Positions 25,921-40,376 of a stretch of DNA of 64,000 nt are shown piece by piece. The DNA comes from the human T2T-CHM13v2.0 reference genome, Homo sapiens. The position numbers were made by a program, and so were the translations under genes. The stretch is from NCBI RefSeq assembly GCF_009914755.1, contig NC_060927.1; one strand, 5' to 3'. Positions within the stretch are counted from its first letter, which is position 1. Every line of letters starts with the position of its first letter. The notes under the pieces were generated by a model. The model made no database searches, had not been told where the DNA came from, and was given only the letters and a program-made list of their open reading frames with translations.

Positions 25921-28900
25921 CTATTGTCTATCATTACACGAAGAAATGCCGTTTACAACGAAGGCCTCAAAGAGGTCCAAATATCCAGCTGCAGACATTA
26001 CAAACTGAGTGTTTCCAAAGTGCTCTATGAAAAGAAGTGTTAAACACTGTGAGTTCAATGCACACATCCCAAAGCAGTTTCTGAGAATGATTCCGTCTAT
26101 TTTTTCTACGAAGATATTTCCTTTTCTGCCGTTGGCCTCAAAGCGCTTGAAATCTCCACTTGCAAATTCCACAAAAAGAGAGTTTCAAATCTGCTCTGTC
26201 TAAAGGAAGGTTCAACTCTGTGAGTTGAATACACACCACAAAAAGAAGTTACTGAGAATTCTTCTCTCTAGCATTATATGAAAAATCCCGTTTCCAACGA
26301 AGGCCACAAAGAGGTCCAAATATCCACTTGCAGATTCTGCAAAAAGAGTGTTTCCAAACTGCTCTATGAAAAGAAACGTTAAACTCTGTGAGTTGAACGC
26401 AAACATCACAAAGTAGTTTCTGAGAATGACTCCGTCTAGTTTTTATACGAAGATATTTCCTTTCCTACCATTCACTTCAAAGCGCTTGAAGTCTCCCCCT
26501 GAAAATTCCACAAAAAGTGTTTCCAATCTGCTCCGCCTAAAGGTAGCTTCAACTCTGTGAGTTGAATACCCACAACCCAAAGAAGTTACTGAGAATTCTT
26601 CTGTCTAGCATTATATGAAGAAATCCCGTTTCCAACGAAGGCCTCAAATACATCCAAATATCCAGTTGCTGACTTTACAAACTGAGTGTTTCCAAACTGC
26701 TCTATGAAAAGAAAGGTTAAACACTGTGAGTTGAACACACACGTACCAAAGTAGTTTCTGAGAATGATTCTGTCTAGTTTGCATACGAAGATATTTCCTT
26801 TTCTACCATTGGCCTCAAAGCTCTGAAATCTCCACTTGCAAATTCCACAAAAAGAGAGTTTCAAATCTGCTGTTTCTAAAGGAAAGTTCAACTCTGAGAG
26901 TTGAATACACACCAGAAAAAGCAGTTACTGAGAAGTCTTCTGTCTAGCATTATATGAAGAAATCCCATTTCCAACGAAGACTTCAAAGAGGTCCAAATAT
27001 CCACTTGCAGATTCTGCAAAAAGAGTGTTTCGAAACAACTCTATGAAAAGAAAGGTTAAACACTGTGAGTTGAACGCACACATTGCAAAGCAGTTTCTGA
27101 GAATGATTCCGTCTAATTATTATACGAAGGTATTTCCTTTTCTATCATTGGCCTCAAAGCGCTTGATACCTCCACCTGAAAATTCCACAAAAAGAGTGTT
27201 TCCAATCTACTCTGTCTAAAGGAACGTTCAACTCTGTGAGTTGAATACACACACACAGAAAGAATTCACTGAGAATTCTTCTGTCTGGCATTACATGAAG
27301 AAATCCCGTTTCCAACGAAGGCCTCAAAGAGGTCCAAATATCCACTTGCAGATTCTGCAAAAAGAGTGTTTCAAAACCGCTCCATTAAAAGGAATGTTGA
27401 ACTCTGTGAGTTGAATGCAAACATCACAACTCAGTTTCTGAGAATGCTTCTGACTAGATTTTATGGTAAGATATTTCCTTTTCTACCGTAGGCTTCAATG
27501 CCCTCTAAATACACCCTTGCAAATTCTACAAAGAGACTGTTTCATAACTGCTCTATAGGAAGAAAGGTTCAACTCTGTGAGTTGAATGCAGAGATCACAA
27601 CGTGGTTTCTGCGAATGATTCTTTGTAGTTTTTACATGAAGATATTTCGTTGTCAACCGTAGGCTTCAAAGCACTCAAAGTATTCACTTGGAACTTTTAC
27701 AAAAAGAGTGTTAGAAAACTGCTCTTTCCAAAGTAAGGTTCAACTCTGTGAGTTGAATGCACACATAACAATCAAGAAGTTTCTGAGAATTCTTCTGTCC
27801 TGGTTTATATGAAAAAATCCCGTTTCCAACGAAGGCCTCAAAGACGTTTAAATATCCACTTGCAGACTTCACAAACAGATTGTTTCCAAACTGCTCTATG
27901 AAAAGAAAGGTTAAACTCTGTGAGTTGAATGCACACATCACAAAGTAGCTTCTGAGAATGATACTGTCTAGTTTTTATACGAAGATATTTCCTTTCTACC
28001 ATTGGCGTCAAAGCGCTAGAATTCTCCACTTGCAAATTCCACAAAAAGAGTGTTTCCAATCTGCTCTGTCTAAAGGAAGGTTCAACTCTGTGAGTTGAAT
28101 ACACACACACAAAGAAGACACTGAGAATTCCTTTGTCAAGAATTATAAGAAGAAATCCCGTTTCCAACGAAGGCCTCAAAGAGTTCCAAATATCCACTTG
28201 CACACTGCACAAACTAAGTCTTTCCAAACTGCTCTATGCAAAGAAATGTTCAACTCTGTGAGTTTAATACACACATCACAAAGCAGTTTCTGAGAATGAT
28301 ACTGTCTAGTTTTTATACGAAGATATTTCCTTTTGTACCATTGGCCTCATACTGCTAGAATTTTCCACTTGCAAATTCCACAAAAAGAGTGTTTCCAATC
28401 CGCTCTGTCTAAAGGAAGGTTCAACTCTGTGAGTTGAATACACACACACAAAGAAGCTACTGAGAATTCTTTTGTCAAGAATTATAAGAAGAAATCCCGT
28501 TTCCAACGAAGGCCTCAAAGAGTTCCAAATATCCACTTGCACACTGCACAAACTAAGTCTTTCCAAACTGCTCTATGCAAAGAAATGTTCAACTCTGTGA
28601 GTTTAATACACACATCACAAAGCAGTTTCTGAGAATGATACTGTCTAGTTTTTATACGAAGATATTTCCTTTTGTACCATTGGCCTCATACTGCTAGAAT
28701 TTTCCACTTGCAAATTCCACAAAAAGAGTGTTTCCAATCCGCTCTGTCTAAAGGAAGGTTCAACTCTCTGATTTGAATACATACATCCCAAAAGAAGTTA
28801 CTGAGAATTCTTCTGTCTAGCATTATGTGAAGAAATCCCGTTTCCAACGAAAGCCTCAAAGAGGTCCAAATATCCAGTTGCAGAATTTACAAACTGACTG

Positions 28901-31900
28901 TTTCCAAACTCATCTATGAAAAGAAAGGTTAAACTCTGTGAGTTGAATGCACATATCAAAAAGTAGTTCCTGAGAATGATTCTGTCTAGTTTTTATACGA
29001 AGATATTTCCTTTTCCACCAATGGCCTCAAAGTGCTTGAAATCTCCCCTTGCAAATTCCACAGACAAGTGTCTCAAATCTGCACTGTCTAAAGGAAGGTT
29101 CAACCCTGTGAGTTGAATACACACACACAGAAAAAAATTCACTGAGAATTCTATTGTCTATCATTACAGGAAGAAATCCCGTTTACTACGAAGGCCTCAA
29201 AGAGGTCCAAATATCCAGCTGCAGACATTACAAACTGAGTGTTTCCAAAGTGCTCTATGAAAAGAAGTGTTAAACACTGTGAGTTCAATGCACACATCCC
29301 AAAGCAGTTTCTGAGAATGATTCCGTCTATTTTTTCTACGAAGATATTTCCTTTTCTGCCGTTGGCCTCAAAGCGCTTGAAATCTCCACTTGCAAATTCC
29401 ACAAAAAGAGAGTTTCAAATCTGCTCTGTCTAAAGGAAGGTTCAACTCTGTGAGTTGAATACACACCACAAAAAGAAGTTACTGAGAATTCTTCTGTCTA
29501 GCATTATATGAAAAATCCCGTTTCCAACGAAGGCCACAAAGAGGTCCAAATATCCACTTGCAGATTCTGCAAAAAGAGTGTTTCCAAACTGCTCTATGAA
29601 AAGAAACGTTAAACTCTGTGAGTTGAACGCAAACATCACAAAGTAGTTTCTGAGAATGACTCCGTCTAGTTTTTATACGAAGATATTTCCTTTCCTTCCA
29701 TTCACTTCAAAGCGCTTGAAGTCTCCCCCTGAAAATTCCACAAAAAGTGTTTCCAATCTGCTCCGCCTAAAGGAAGCTTCAACTCTGTGACTTGAATACC
29801 CACAACCCAAAGAAGTTACTGAGAATTCTTCTGTCTAGCATTATATGAAGAAATCCCGTTTCCAACGAAGGCCTCAAATACATCCAAATATCCAGTTGCT
29901 GACTTTACAAACTGAGTGTTTCCAAACTGCTCTATGAAAAGAAAGGTTAAACACTGTGAGTTGAACACACACGTACCAAAGTAGTTTCTGAGAATGATTC
30001 TGTCTAGTTTGCATACGAAGATATTTCCTTTTCTACCATTGGCCTCAAAGCTCTGAAATCTCCACTTGCAAATTCCACAAAAAGAGAGTTTCAAATCTGC
30101 TGTTTCTAAAGGAAAGTTCAACTCTGAGAGTTGAATACACACCAGAAAAAGCAGTTACTGAGAAGTCTTCTGTCTAGCATTATATGAAGAAATCCCATTT
30201 CCAACGAAGACTTCAAAGAGGTCCAAATATCCACTTGCAGATTCTGCAAAAAGAGTGTTTCGAAACAACTCTATGAAAAGAAAGGTTAAACACTGTGAGT
30301 TGAACGCACACATTGCAAAGCAGTTTCTGAGAATGATTCCGTCTAATTATTATACGAAGGTATTTCCTTTTCTATCATTGGCCTCAAAGCGCTTGATACC
30401 TCCACCTGAAAATTCCACAAAAAGAGTGTTTCCAATCTACTCTGTCTAAAGGAACGTTCAACTCTGTGAGTTGAATACACACACACAGAAAGAATTCACT
30501 GAGAATTCTTCTGTCTGGCATTACATGAAGAAATCCCGTTTCCAACGAAGGCCTCAAAGAGGTCCAAATATCCACTTGCAGATTCTGCAAAAAGAGTGTT
30601 TCAAAACCGCTCCATTAAAAGGAATGTTGAACTCTGTGAGTTGAATGCAAACATCACAACTCAGTTGCTGAGAATGCTTCTGACTAGATTTTATGGTAAG
30701 ATATTTCCTTTCCTACCGTAGGCTTCAATGCCCTCTGAATACACCCTTGCAAATTCTACAAAGAGACTGTTTCATAACTGCTCTATAGGAAGAAAGGTTC
30801 AACTCTGTGAGTTGAATGCAGAGATCACAACGTGGTTTCTGCGAATGATTCTTTGTAGTTTTTACATGAAGATATTTCGTTGTCAACCGTAGGCTTCAAA
30901 GCACTCAAAGTATTCACTTGGAACTTTTACAAAAAGAGTGTTAGAAAACTGCTCTTTCCAAAGTAAGGTTCAACTCTGTGAGTTGAATGCACACATAACA
31001 ATCAAGAAGTTTCTGAGAATTCTTCTGTCCTGGTTTATATGAAAAAATCCCGTTTCCAACAAAGGCCTCAAAGACGTTTAAATATCCACTTGCAGACTTC
31101 ACAAACAGAGTGTTTCCAAACTGCTCTATGAAAAGAAAGGTTAAACTCTGTGAGTTGAACGCACACATCACAAAGTAGCTTCTGAGAATGATACTGTCTA
31201 GTTTTTATACGAAGATATTTCCTTTCTACCATTGGCGTCAAAGCGCTAGAATTCTCCACTTGCAAATTCCACAAAAAGAGTGTTTCCAATCTGCTCTGTC
31301 TAAAGGAAGGTTCAACTCTGTGAGTTGAATACACACACACAAAGAAGATACTGAGAATTCCTTTGTCAAGAATTATAAGAAGAAATCCCGTTTCCAACGA
31401 AGGCCTCAAAGAGTTCCAAATATCCACTTGCACACTGCACAAACTAAGTCTTTCCAAACTGCTCTATGCAAAGAAATGTTCAACTCTGTGAGTTTAATAC
31501 ACACATCACAAAGCAGTTTCTGAGAATGATACTGTCTAGTTTTTATACGAAGATATTTCCTTTTGTACCATTGGCCTCATACTGCTAGAATTTTCCACTT
31601 GCAAATTCCACAAAAAGAGTGTTTCCAATCCGCTCTGTCTAAAGGAAGGTTCAACTCTGTGAGTTGAATACACACACACAAAGAAGCTACTGAGAATTCT
31701 TTTGTCAAGAATTATAAGAAGAAATCCCGTTTCCAACGAAGGCCTCAAAGAGTTCCAAATATCCACTTGCACACTGCACAAACTAAGTCTTTCCAAACTG
31801 CTCTATGCAAAGAAATGTTCAACTCTGTGAGTTTAATACACACATCACAAAGCAGTTTCTGAGAATGATACTGTCTAGTTTTTATACGAAGATATTTCCT

Positions 31901-34900
31901 TTTGTACCATTGGCCTCATACTGCTAGAATTTTCCACTTGCAAATTCCACAAAAAGAGTTTTTCCAATCCGCTCTGTCTAAAGGAAGGTTCAACTCTCTG
32001 ATTTGAATACATACATCCCAAAAGAAGTTACTGAGAATTCTTCTGTCTAGCATTATGTGAAGAAATCCCGTTTCCAACGAAAGCCTCAAAGAGGTCCAAA
32101 TATCCAGTTGCAGCATTTACAAACTGACTGTTTCCAAACTCATCTATGAAAAGAAAGGTTAAACTCTGTGAGTTGAATGCACATATCACAAAGTAGTTCC
32201 TGAGAATGATTCTGTCTAGTTTTTATACGAAGATATTTCCTTTTCCACCAATGGCCTCAAAGTGCTTGAAATCTCCCCTTGCAAATTCCACAGACAAGTG
32301 TTTCAAATCTGCACTGTCTAAAGGAAGGTTCAACCCTGTGAGTTGAATACACACACACAGAAAAAAATTCACTGAGAATTCTATTGTCTATCATTACACG
32401 AAGAAATCCCGTTTACTACGAAGGCCTCAAAGATGTCTAAATATCCAGCTGCAGACATTACAAACTGAGTGTTTCCAAAGTGCTCTATGAAAAGAAGTGT
32501 TAAACACTGTGAGTTCAATGCACACATCCCAAAGCAGTTTCTGAGAATGATTCCGTCTATTTTTTCTACGAAGATAATTCCTTTTCTGTCGTTGGCCTCA
32601 AAGCGCTTGAAATCTCCACTTGCAAATTCCACAAAAAGAGAGTTTCAAATCTGCTCTGTCTAAAGGAAGGTTCAACTCTGTGAGTTGAATACACACCACA
32701 AAAAGAAGTTACTGAGAATTCTTCTGTCTAGCATTATATGAAAAATCCCGTTTCCAACGAAGGCCACAAAGAGGTCCAAATATCCACTTGCAGATTCTGC
32801 AAAAAGAGTGTTTCCAAACTGCTCTATGAAAAGAAACGTTAAACTCTGTGAGTTGAACGCAAACATCACAAAGTAGTTTCTGAGAATGACTCCGTCTAGT
32901 TTTTATACGAAGATATTTCCTTTCCTACCATTCACTTCAAAGCGCTTGAAGTCTCCCCCTGAAAATTCCACAAAAAGTGTTTCCAATCTGCTCCGCCTAA
33001 AGGAACCTTCAACTCTGTGAGTTGAATACCCACAACCCAAAGAAGTTACTGAGAATTCTTCTGTCTAGCATTATATGAAGAAATCCCGTTTCCAACGAAG
33101 GCCTCAAATACATCCAAATATCCAGTTGCTGACTTTACAAACTGAGTGTTTCCAAACTGCTCTATGAAAAGAAAGGTTAAACACTGTGAGTTGAACACAC
33201 ACGTACCAAAGTAGTTTCTGAGAATGATTCTGTCTAGTTTGCATACGAAGATATTTCCTTTTCTACCATTGGCCTCAAAGCTCTGAAATCTCCACTTGCA
33301 AATTCCACAAAAAGAGAGTTTCAAATCTGCTGTTTCTAAAGGAAAGTTCAACTCTGAGAGTTGAATACACACCAGAAAAAGCAGTTACTGAGAAGTCTTC
33401 TGTCTAGCATTATATGAAGAAATCCCATTTCCAACGAAGACTTCAAAGAGGTCCAAATATCCACCTGCAGATTCTGCAAAAAGAGTGTTTCGAAACAACT
33501 GTATGAAAAGAAAGGTTAAACACTGTGAGTTGAACGCACACATTGCAAAGCAGTTTCTGAGAATGATTCCGTCTAATTATTATACGAAGGTATTTCCTTT
33601 TCTATCATTGGCCTCAAAGCGCTTGATACCTCCACCTGAAAATTCCACAAAAAGAGTGTTTCCAATCTACTCTGTCTAAAGGAACGTTCAACTCTGTGAG
33701 TTGAATACACACACACAGAAAGAATTCACTGAGAATTCTTCTGTCTGGCATTACATGAAGAAATCCCGTTTCCAACGAAGGCCTCAAAGAGGTCCAAATA
33801 TCCACTTGCAGATTCTGCAAAAAGAGTGTTTCAAAACCGCTCCATTAAAAGGAATGTTGAACTCTGTGAGTTGAATGCAAACATCACAACTCAGTTGCTG
33901 AGAATGCTTCTGACTAGATTTTATGGTAAGATATTTCCTTTTCTACCGTAGGCTTCAATGCCCTCTAAATACACCCCTGCAAATTCTACAAAGAGACTGT
34001 TTCATAACTGCTCTATAGGAAGAAAGGTTCAACTCTGTGAGTTGAATGCAGAGATCACAACGTGGTTTCTGCGAATGATTCTTTGTAGTTTTTACATGAA
34101 GATATTTCGTTGTCAACCGTAGGCTTCAAAGCACTCAATGTATTCACTTGGAACTTTTACAAAAAGAGTGTTAGAAAACTGCTCTTTCCAAAGTAAGGTT
34201 CAACTCTGTGAGTTGAATGCACACATAACAATCAAGAAGTTTCTGAGAATTCTTCTGTCCTGGTTTATATGAAAAAATCCCGTTTCCAACAAAGGCCTCA
34301 AAGACGTTTAAATATCCACTTGCAGACTTCACAAACAGAGTGTTTCCAAACTGCTCTATGAAAAGAAAGGTTAAACTCTGTGAGTTGAACGCACACATCA
34401 CAAAGTAGCTTCTGAGAATGATACTGTCTAGTTTTTATACGAAGATATTTCCTTTCTACCATTGGCGTCAAAGCGCTAGAATTCTCCACTTGCAAATTCC
34501 ACAAAAAGAGTGTTTCCAATCTGCTCTGTCTAAAGGAAGGTTCAACTCTGTGAGCTGAATACACACACACAAAGAAGATACTGAGAATTCCTTTGTCAAG
34601 AATTATAAGAAGAAATCCCGTTTCCAACGAAGGCCTCAAAGATTTCCAAATATCCACTTGCACACTGCACAAACTAAGTCTTTCCAAACTGCTCTATGCA
34701 AAGAAATGTTCAACTCTGTGAGTTTAATACACACATCACAAAGCAGTTTCTGAGAATGATACTGTCTAGTTTTTATACGAAGATATTTCCTTTTGTACCA
34801 TTGGCCTCATACTGCTAGAATTTTCCACTTGCAAATTCCACAAAAAGAGTGTTTCCAATCCGCTCTGTCTAAAGGAAGGTTCAACTCTGTGAGTTGAATA

Positions 34901-35610
34901 CACACACACAAAGAAGCTACTGAGAATTCTTTTGTCAAGAATTATAAGAAGAAATCCCGTTTCCAACGAAGGCCTCAAAGAGTTCCAAATATCCACTTGC
35001 ACACTGCACAAACTAAGTCTTTCCAAACTGCTCTATGCAAAGAAATGTTCAACTCTGTGAGTTTAATACACACATCACAAAGCAGTTTCTGAGAATGATA
35101 CTGTCTAGTTTTTATACGAAGATATTTCCTTTTGTACCATTGGCCTCATACTGCTAGAATTTTCCACTTGCAAATTCCACAAAAAGAGTGTTTCCAATCC
35201 GCTCTGTCTAAAGGAAGGTTCAACTCTCTGATTTGAATACATACATCCCAAAAGAAGTTACTGAGAATTCTTCTGTCTAGCATTATGTGAAGAAATCCCG
35301 TTTCCAACGAAAGCCTCAAAGAGGTCCAAATATCCAGTTGCAGAATTTACAAACTGACTGTTTCCAAACTCATCTATGAAAAGAAAGGTTAAACTCTGGG
35401 AGTTGAATGCACATATCACAAAGTAGTTCCTGAGAATGATTCTGTCTAGTTTTCATACGAAGATATTTCCTTTTCCACCAATGGCCTCAAAGTGCTTGAA
35501 ATCTCCCCTTGCAAATTCCACAGACAAGTGTTTCAAATCTGCACTGTCTAAAGGAAGGTTCAACCCTGTGAGTTGAATACACACACACAGAAAAAAATTC
35601 ACTGAGAATT
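25921..35610 (-). repeat. Three tandem 19-mer variant HORs (3230 bp each)
   Basis: Markers 25921, 29151, 32381, 35611. Duplication junctions at 28402, 31632 and 34862. Confidence 0.95.
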
Positions 35611-37485
35611 CTATTGTCTATCATTACACGAAGAAATCCCGTTTACTACGAAGGCCTCAAAGAGGTCCAAATATCCAGCTGCAGACATTACAAACTGAGT
35701 GTTTCCAAAGTGCTCTACGAAAAGAAGTGTTAAACACTGTGAGTTCAATGCACACATCCCAAAGCAGTTTCTGAGAATCATTCCGTCTATTTTTTCTACG
35801 AAGATATTTCCTTTTCTGCCGTTGGCCTCAAAGCGCTTGAAATCTCCACTTGCAAATTCCACAAAAAGAGAGTTTCAAATCTGCTCTGTCTAAAGGAAGG
35901 TTCAACTCTGTGAGTTGAATACACACACACAGAAAGAATTCACTGAGAATTCTTCTGTCTGGCATTACATGAAGAAATCCCGTTTCCAACGAAGGCCTCA
36001 AAGAGGTCCAAATATCCACTTGCAGATTCTGCAAAAAGAGTGTTTCAAAACCGCTCCATTAAAAGGAATGTTGAACTCTGTGAGTTGAATGCAAACATTA
36101 CAACTCAGTTGCTGAGAATGCTTCTGACTAGATTTTATAGTAAGATATTTCCTTTTCTACCGTAGGCTTCAATGCCCTCTAAATACACCCTTGCAATTTC
36201 TACAAAGAGACTGTTTCATAACTGCTCTATAGGAAGAAAGGTTCAACTCTGTGAGTTGAATGCAGAGATCACAACGTGGTTTCTGCGAATGATTCTTTGT
36301 AGTTTTTACATGAAGATATTTCGTTGTCAACCGTAGGCTTCAAAGCACTCAAAGTATTCACTTGGAACTTTTACAAAAAGAGTGTTAGAAAACTGCTCTT
36401 TCCAAAGTAAGGTTCAACTCTGTGAGTTGAATGCACACATAACAATCAAGAAGTTTCTGAGAATTCTTCTGTCCTGGTTTATATGAAAAAATCCCGTTTC
36501 CAACGAAGGCCTCAAAGACGTTTAAATATCCACTTGCAGACTTCACAAACAGAGGGTTTCCAAACTGCTCTATGAAAAGAAAGGTTAAACTCTGTGAGTT
36601 GAACGCACACATCACAAAGTAGCTTCTGAGAATGATACTGTCTAGTTTTTATACGAAGATATTTCCTTTCTACCATTGGCGTCAAAGCGCTAGAATTCTC
36701 CACTTGCAAATTCCACAAAAAGAGTGTTTCCAATCTGCTCTGTCTAAAGGAAGGTTCAACTCTGTGAGTTGAATACACACACACAAAGAAGCTACTGAGA
36801 ATTCTTTTGTCAAGAATTATAAGAAGAAATCCCGTTTCCAACGAAGGCCTCAAAGAGTTCCAAATATCCACTTGCACACTGCACAAACTAAGTCTTTCCA
36901 AACTGCTCTATGCAAAGAAATGTTCAACTCTGTGAGTTTAATACACACATCACAAAGCAGTTTCTGAGAATGATACTGTCTAGTTTTTATACGAAGATAT
37001 TTCCTTTTGTACCATTGGCCTCATACTGCTAGAATTTTCCACTTGCAAATTCCACAAAAAGAGTGTTTCCAATCCGCTCTGTCTAAAGGAAGGTTCAACT
37101 CTCTGATTTGAATACATACATCCCAAAAGAAGTTACTGAGAATTCTTCTGTCTAGCATTATGTGAAGAAATCCCGTTTCCAACGAAAGCCTCAAAGAGGT
37201 CCAAATATCCAGTTGCAGAATTTACAAACTGACTGTTTCCAAACTCATCTATGAAAAGAAAGGTTAAACTCTGTGAGTTGAATGCACATATCACAAAGTA
37301 GTTCCTGAGAATGATTCTGTCTAGTTTTTATACGAAGATATTTCCTTTTCCACCAATGGCCTCAAAGTGCTTGAAATCTCCCCTTGCAAATTCCACAGAC
37401 AAGTGTTTCAAATCTGCACTGTCTAAAGGAAGGTTCAACCCTGTGAGTTGAATACACACACACAGAAAAAAATTCACTGAGAATT
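35611..37485 (-). repeat. 11-mer variant HOR (1875 bp)
   Basis: Marker spacing 1875; deletion junction at 35900-35926. Confidence 0.95.
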
Positions 37486-40376
37486 CTATTGTCTATCATT
37501 ACACGAAGAAATGCCGTTTACAACGAAGGCCTCAAAGAGGTCCAAATATCCAGCTGCAGACATTACAAACTGAGTGTTTCCAAAGTGCTCTATGAAAAGA
37601 AGTGTTAAACACTGTGAGTTCAATGCACACATCCCAAAGCAGTTTCTGAGAATGATTCCGTCTATTTTTTCTACGAAGATATTTCCTTTTCTGCCGTTGG
37701 CCTCAAAGCGCTTGAAATCTCCACTTGCAAATTCCACAAAAAGAGAGTTTCAAATCTGCTCTGTCTAAAGGAAGGTTCAACTCTGTGAGTTGAATACACA
37801 CCACAAAAAGAAGTTACTGAGAATTCTTCTCTCTAGCATTATATGAAAAATCCCGTTTCCAACGAAGGCCACAAAGAGGTCCAAATATCCACTTGCAGAT
37901 TCTGCAAAAAGAGTGTTTCCAAACTGCTCTATGAAAAGAAACGTTAAACTCTGTGAGTTGAACGCAAACATCACAAAGTAGTTTCTGAGAATGACTCCGT
38001 CTAGTTTTTATACGAAGATATTTCCTTTCCTACCATTCACTTCAAAGCGCTTGAAGTCTCCCCCTGAAAATTCCACAAAAAGTGTTTCCAATCTGCTCCG
38101 CCTAAAGGAAGCTTCAACTCTGTGACTTGAATACCCACAACCCAAAGAAGTTACTGAGAATTCTTCTGTCTAGCATTATATGAAGAAATCCCGTTTCCAA
38201 CGAAGGCCTCAAATACATCCAAATATCCAGTTGCTGACTTTACAAACTGAGTGTTTCCAAACTGCTCTATGAAAAGAAAGGTTAAACACTGTGAGTTGAA
38301 CACACACGTACCAAAGTAGTTTCTGAGAATGATTCTGTCTAGTTTGCATACGAAGATATTTCCTTTTCTACCATTGGCCTCAAAGCTCTGAAATCTCCAC
38401 TTGCAAATTCCACAAAAAGAGAGTTTCAAATCTGCTGTTTCTAAAGGAAAGTTCAACTCTGAGAGTTGAATACACACCAGAAAAAGCAGTTACTGAGAAG
38501 TCTTCTGTCTAGCATTATATGAAGAAATCCCATTTCCAACGAAGACTTCAAAGAGGTCCAAATATCCACTTGCAGATTCTGCAAAAAGAGTGTTTCGAAA
38601 CAACTCTATGAAAAGAAAGGTTAAACACTGTGAGTTGAACGCACACATTGCAAAGCAGTTTCTGAGAATGATTCCGTCTAATTATTATACGAAGGTATTT
38701 CCTTTTCTATCATTGGCCTCAAAGCGCTTGATACCTCCACCTGAAAATTCCACAAAAAGAGTGTTTCCAATCTACTCTGTCTAAAGGAACGTTCAACTCT
38801 GTGAGTTGAATACACACACACAGAAAGAATTCACTGAGAATTCTTCTGTCTGGCATTACATGAAGAAATCCCGTTTCCAACGAAGGCCTCAAAGAGGTCC
38901 AAATATCCACTTGCAGATTCTGCAAAAAGAGTGTTTCAAAACCGCTCCATTAAAAGGAATGTTGAACTCTGTGAGTTGAATGCAAACATCACAACTCAGT
39001 TGCTGAGAATGCTTCTGACTAGATTTTATGGTAAGATATTTCCTTTTCTACCGTAGGCTTCAATGCCCTCTAAATACACCCTTGCAAATTCTACAAAGAG
39101 ACTGTTTCATAACTGCTCTATAGGAAGAAAGGTTCAACTCTGTGAGTTGAATGCAGAGATCACAACGTGGTTTCTGCGAATGATTCTTTGTAGTTTTTAC
39201 ATGAAGATATTTCGTTGTCAACCGTAGGCTTCAAAGCACTCAAAGTATTCACTTGGAACTTTTACAAAAAGAGTGTTAGAAAACTGCTCTTTCCAAAGTA
39301 AGGTTCAACTCTGTGAGTTGAATGCACACATAACAATCAAGAAGTTTCTGAGAATTCTTCTGTCCTGGTTTATATGAAAAAATCCCGTTTCCAACGAAGG
39401 CCTCAAAGACGTTTAAATATCCACTTGCAGACTTCACAAACAGATTGTTTCCAAACTGCTCTATGAAAAGAAAGGTTAAACTCTGTGAGTTGAATGCACA
39501 CATCACAAAGTAGCTTCTGAGAATGATACTGTCTAGTTTTTATACGAAGATATTTCCTTTCTACCATTGGCGTCAAAGCGCTAGAATTCTCCACTTGCAA
39601 ATTCCACAAAAAGAGTGTTTCCAATCTGCTCTGTCTAAAGGAAGGTTCAACTCTGTGAGTTGAATACACACACACAAAGAAGATACTGAGAATTCCTTTG
39701 TCAAGAATTATAAGAAGAAATCCCGTTTCCAACGAAGGCCTCAAAGAGTTCCAAATATCCACTTGCACACTGCACAAACTAAGTCTTTCCAAACTGCTCT
39801 ATGCAAAGAAATGTTCAACTCTGTGAGTTTAATACACACATCACAAAGCAGTTTCCGAGAATGATACTGTCTAGTTTTTATACGAAGATATTTCCTTTTG
39901 TACCATTGGCCTCATACTGCTAGAATTTTCCACTTGCAAATTCCACAAAAAGAGTGTTTCCAATCCGCTCTGTCTAAAGGAAGGTTCAACTCTCTGATTT
40001 GAATACATACATCCCAAAAGAAGTTACTGAGAATTCTTCTGTCTAGCATTATGTGAAGAAATCCCGTTTCCAACGAAAGCCTCAAAGAGGTCCAAATATC
40101 CAGTTGCAGAATTTACAAACTGACTGTTTCCAAACTCATCTATGAAAAGAAAGGTTAAACTCTGGGAGTTGAATGCACATATCACAAAGTAGTTCCTGAG
40201 AATGATTCTGTCTAGTTTTCATACGAAGATATTTCCTTTTCCACCAATGGCCTCAAAGTGCTTGAAATCTCCCCTTGCAAATTCCACAGACAAGTGTTTC
40301 AAATCTGCACTGTCTAAAGGAAGGTTCAACCCTGTGAGTTGAATACACACACACAGAAAAAAATTCACTGAGAATT
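37486..40376 (-). repeat. 17-mer-length HOR (2891 bp) inside the variant zone, probably chimeric
   Basis: Marker spacing 2891, but it carries SNPs otherwise confined to duplication-bearing units (GAAGATACTGAGAATTCCTTTG near 39680). Confidence 0.9.
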
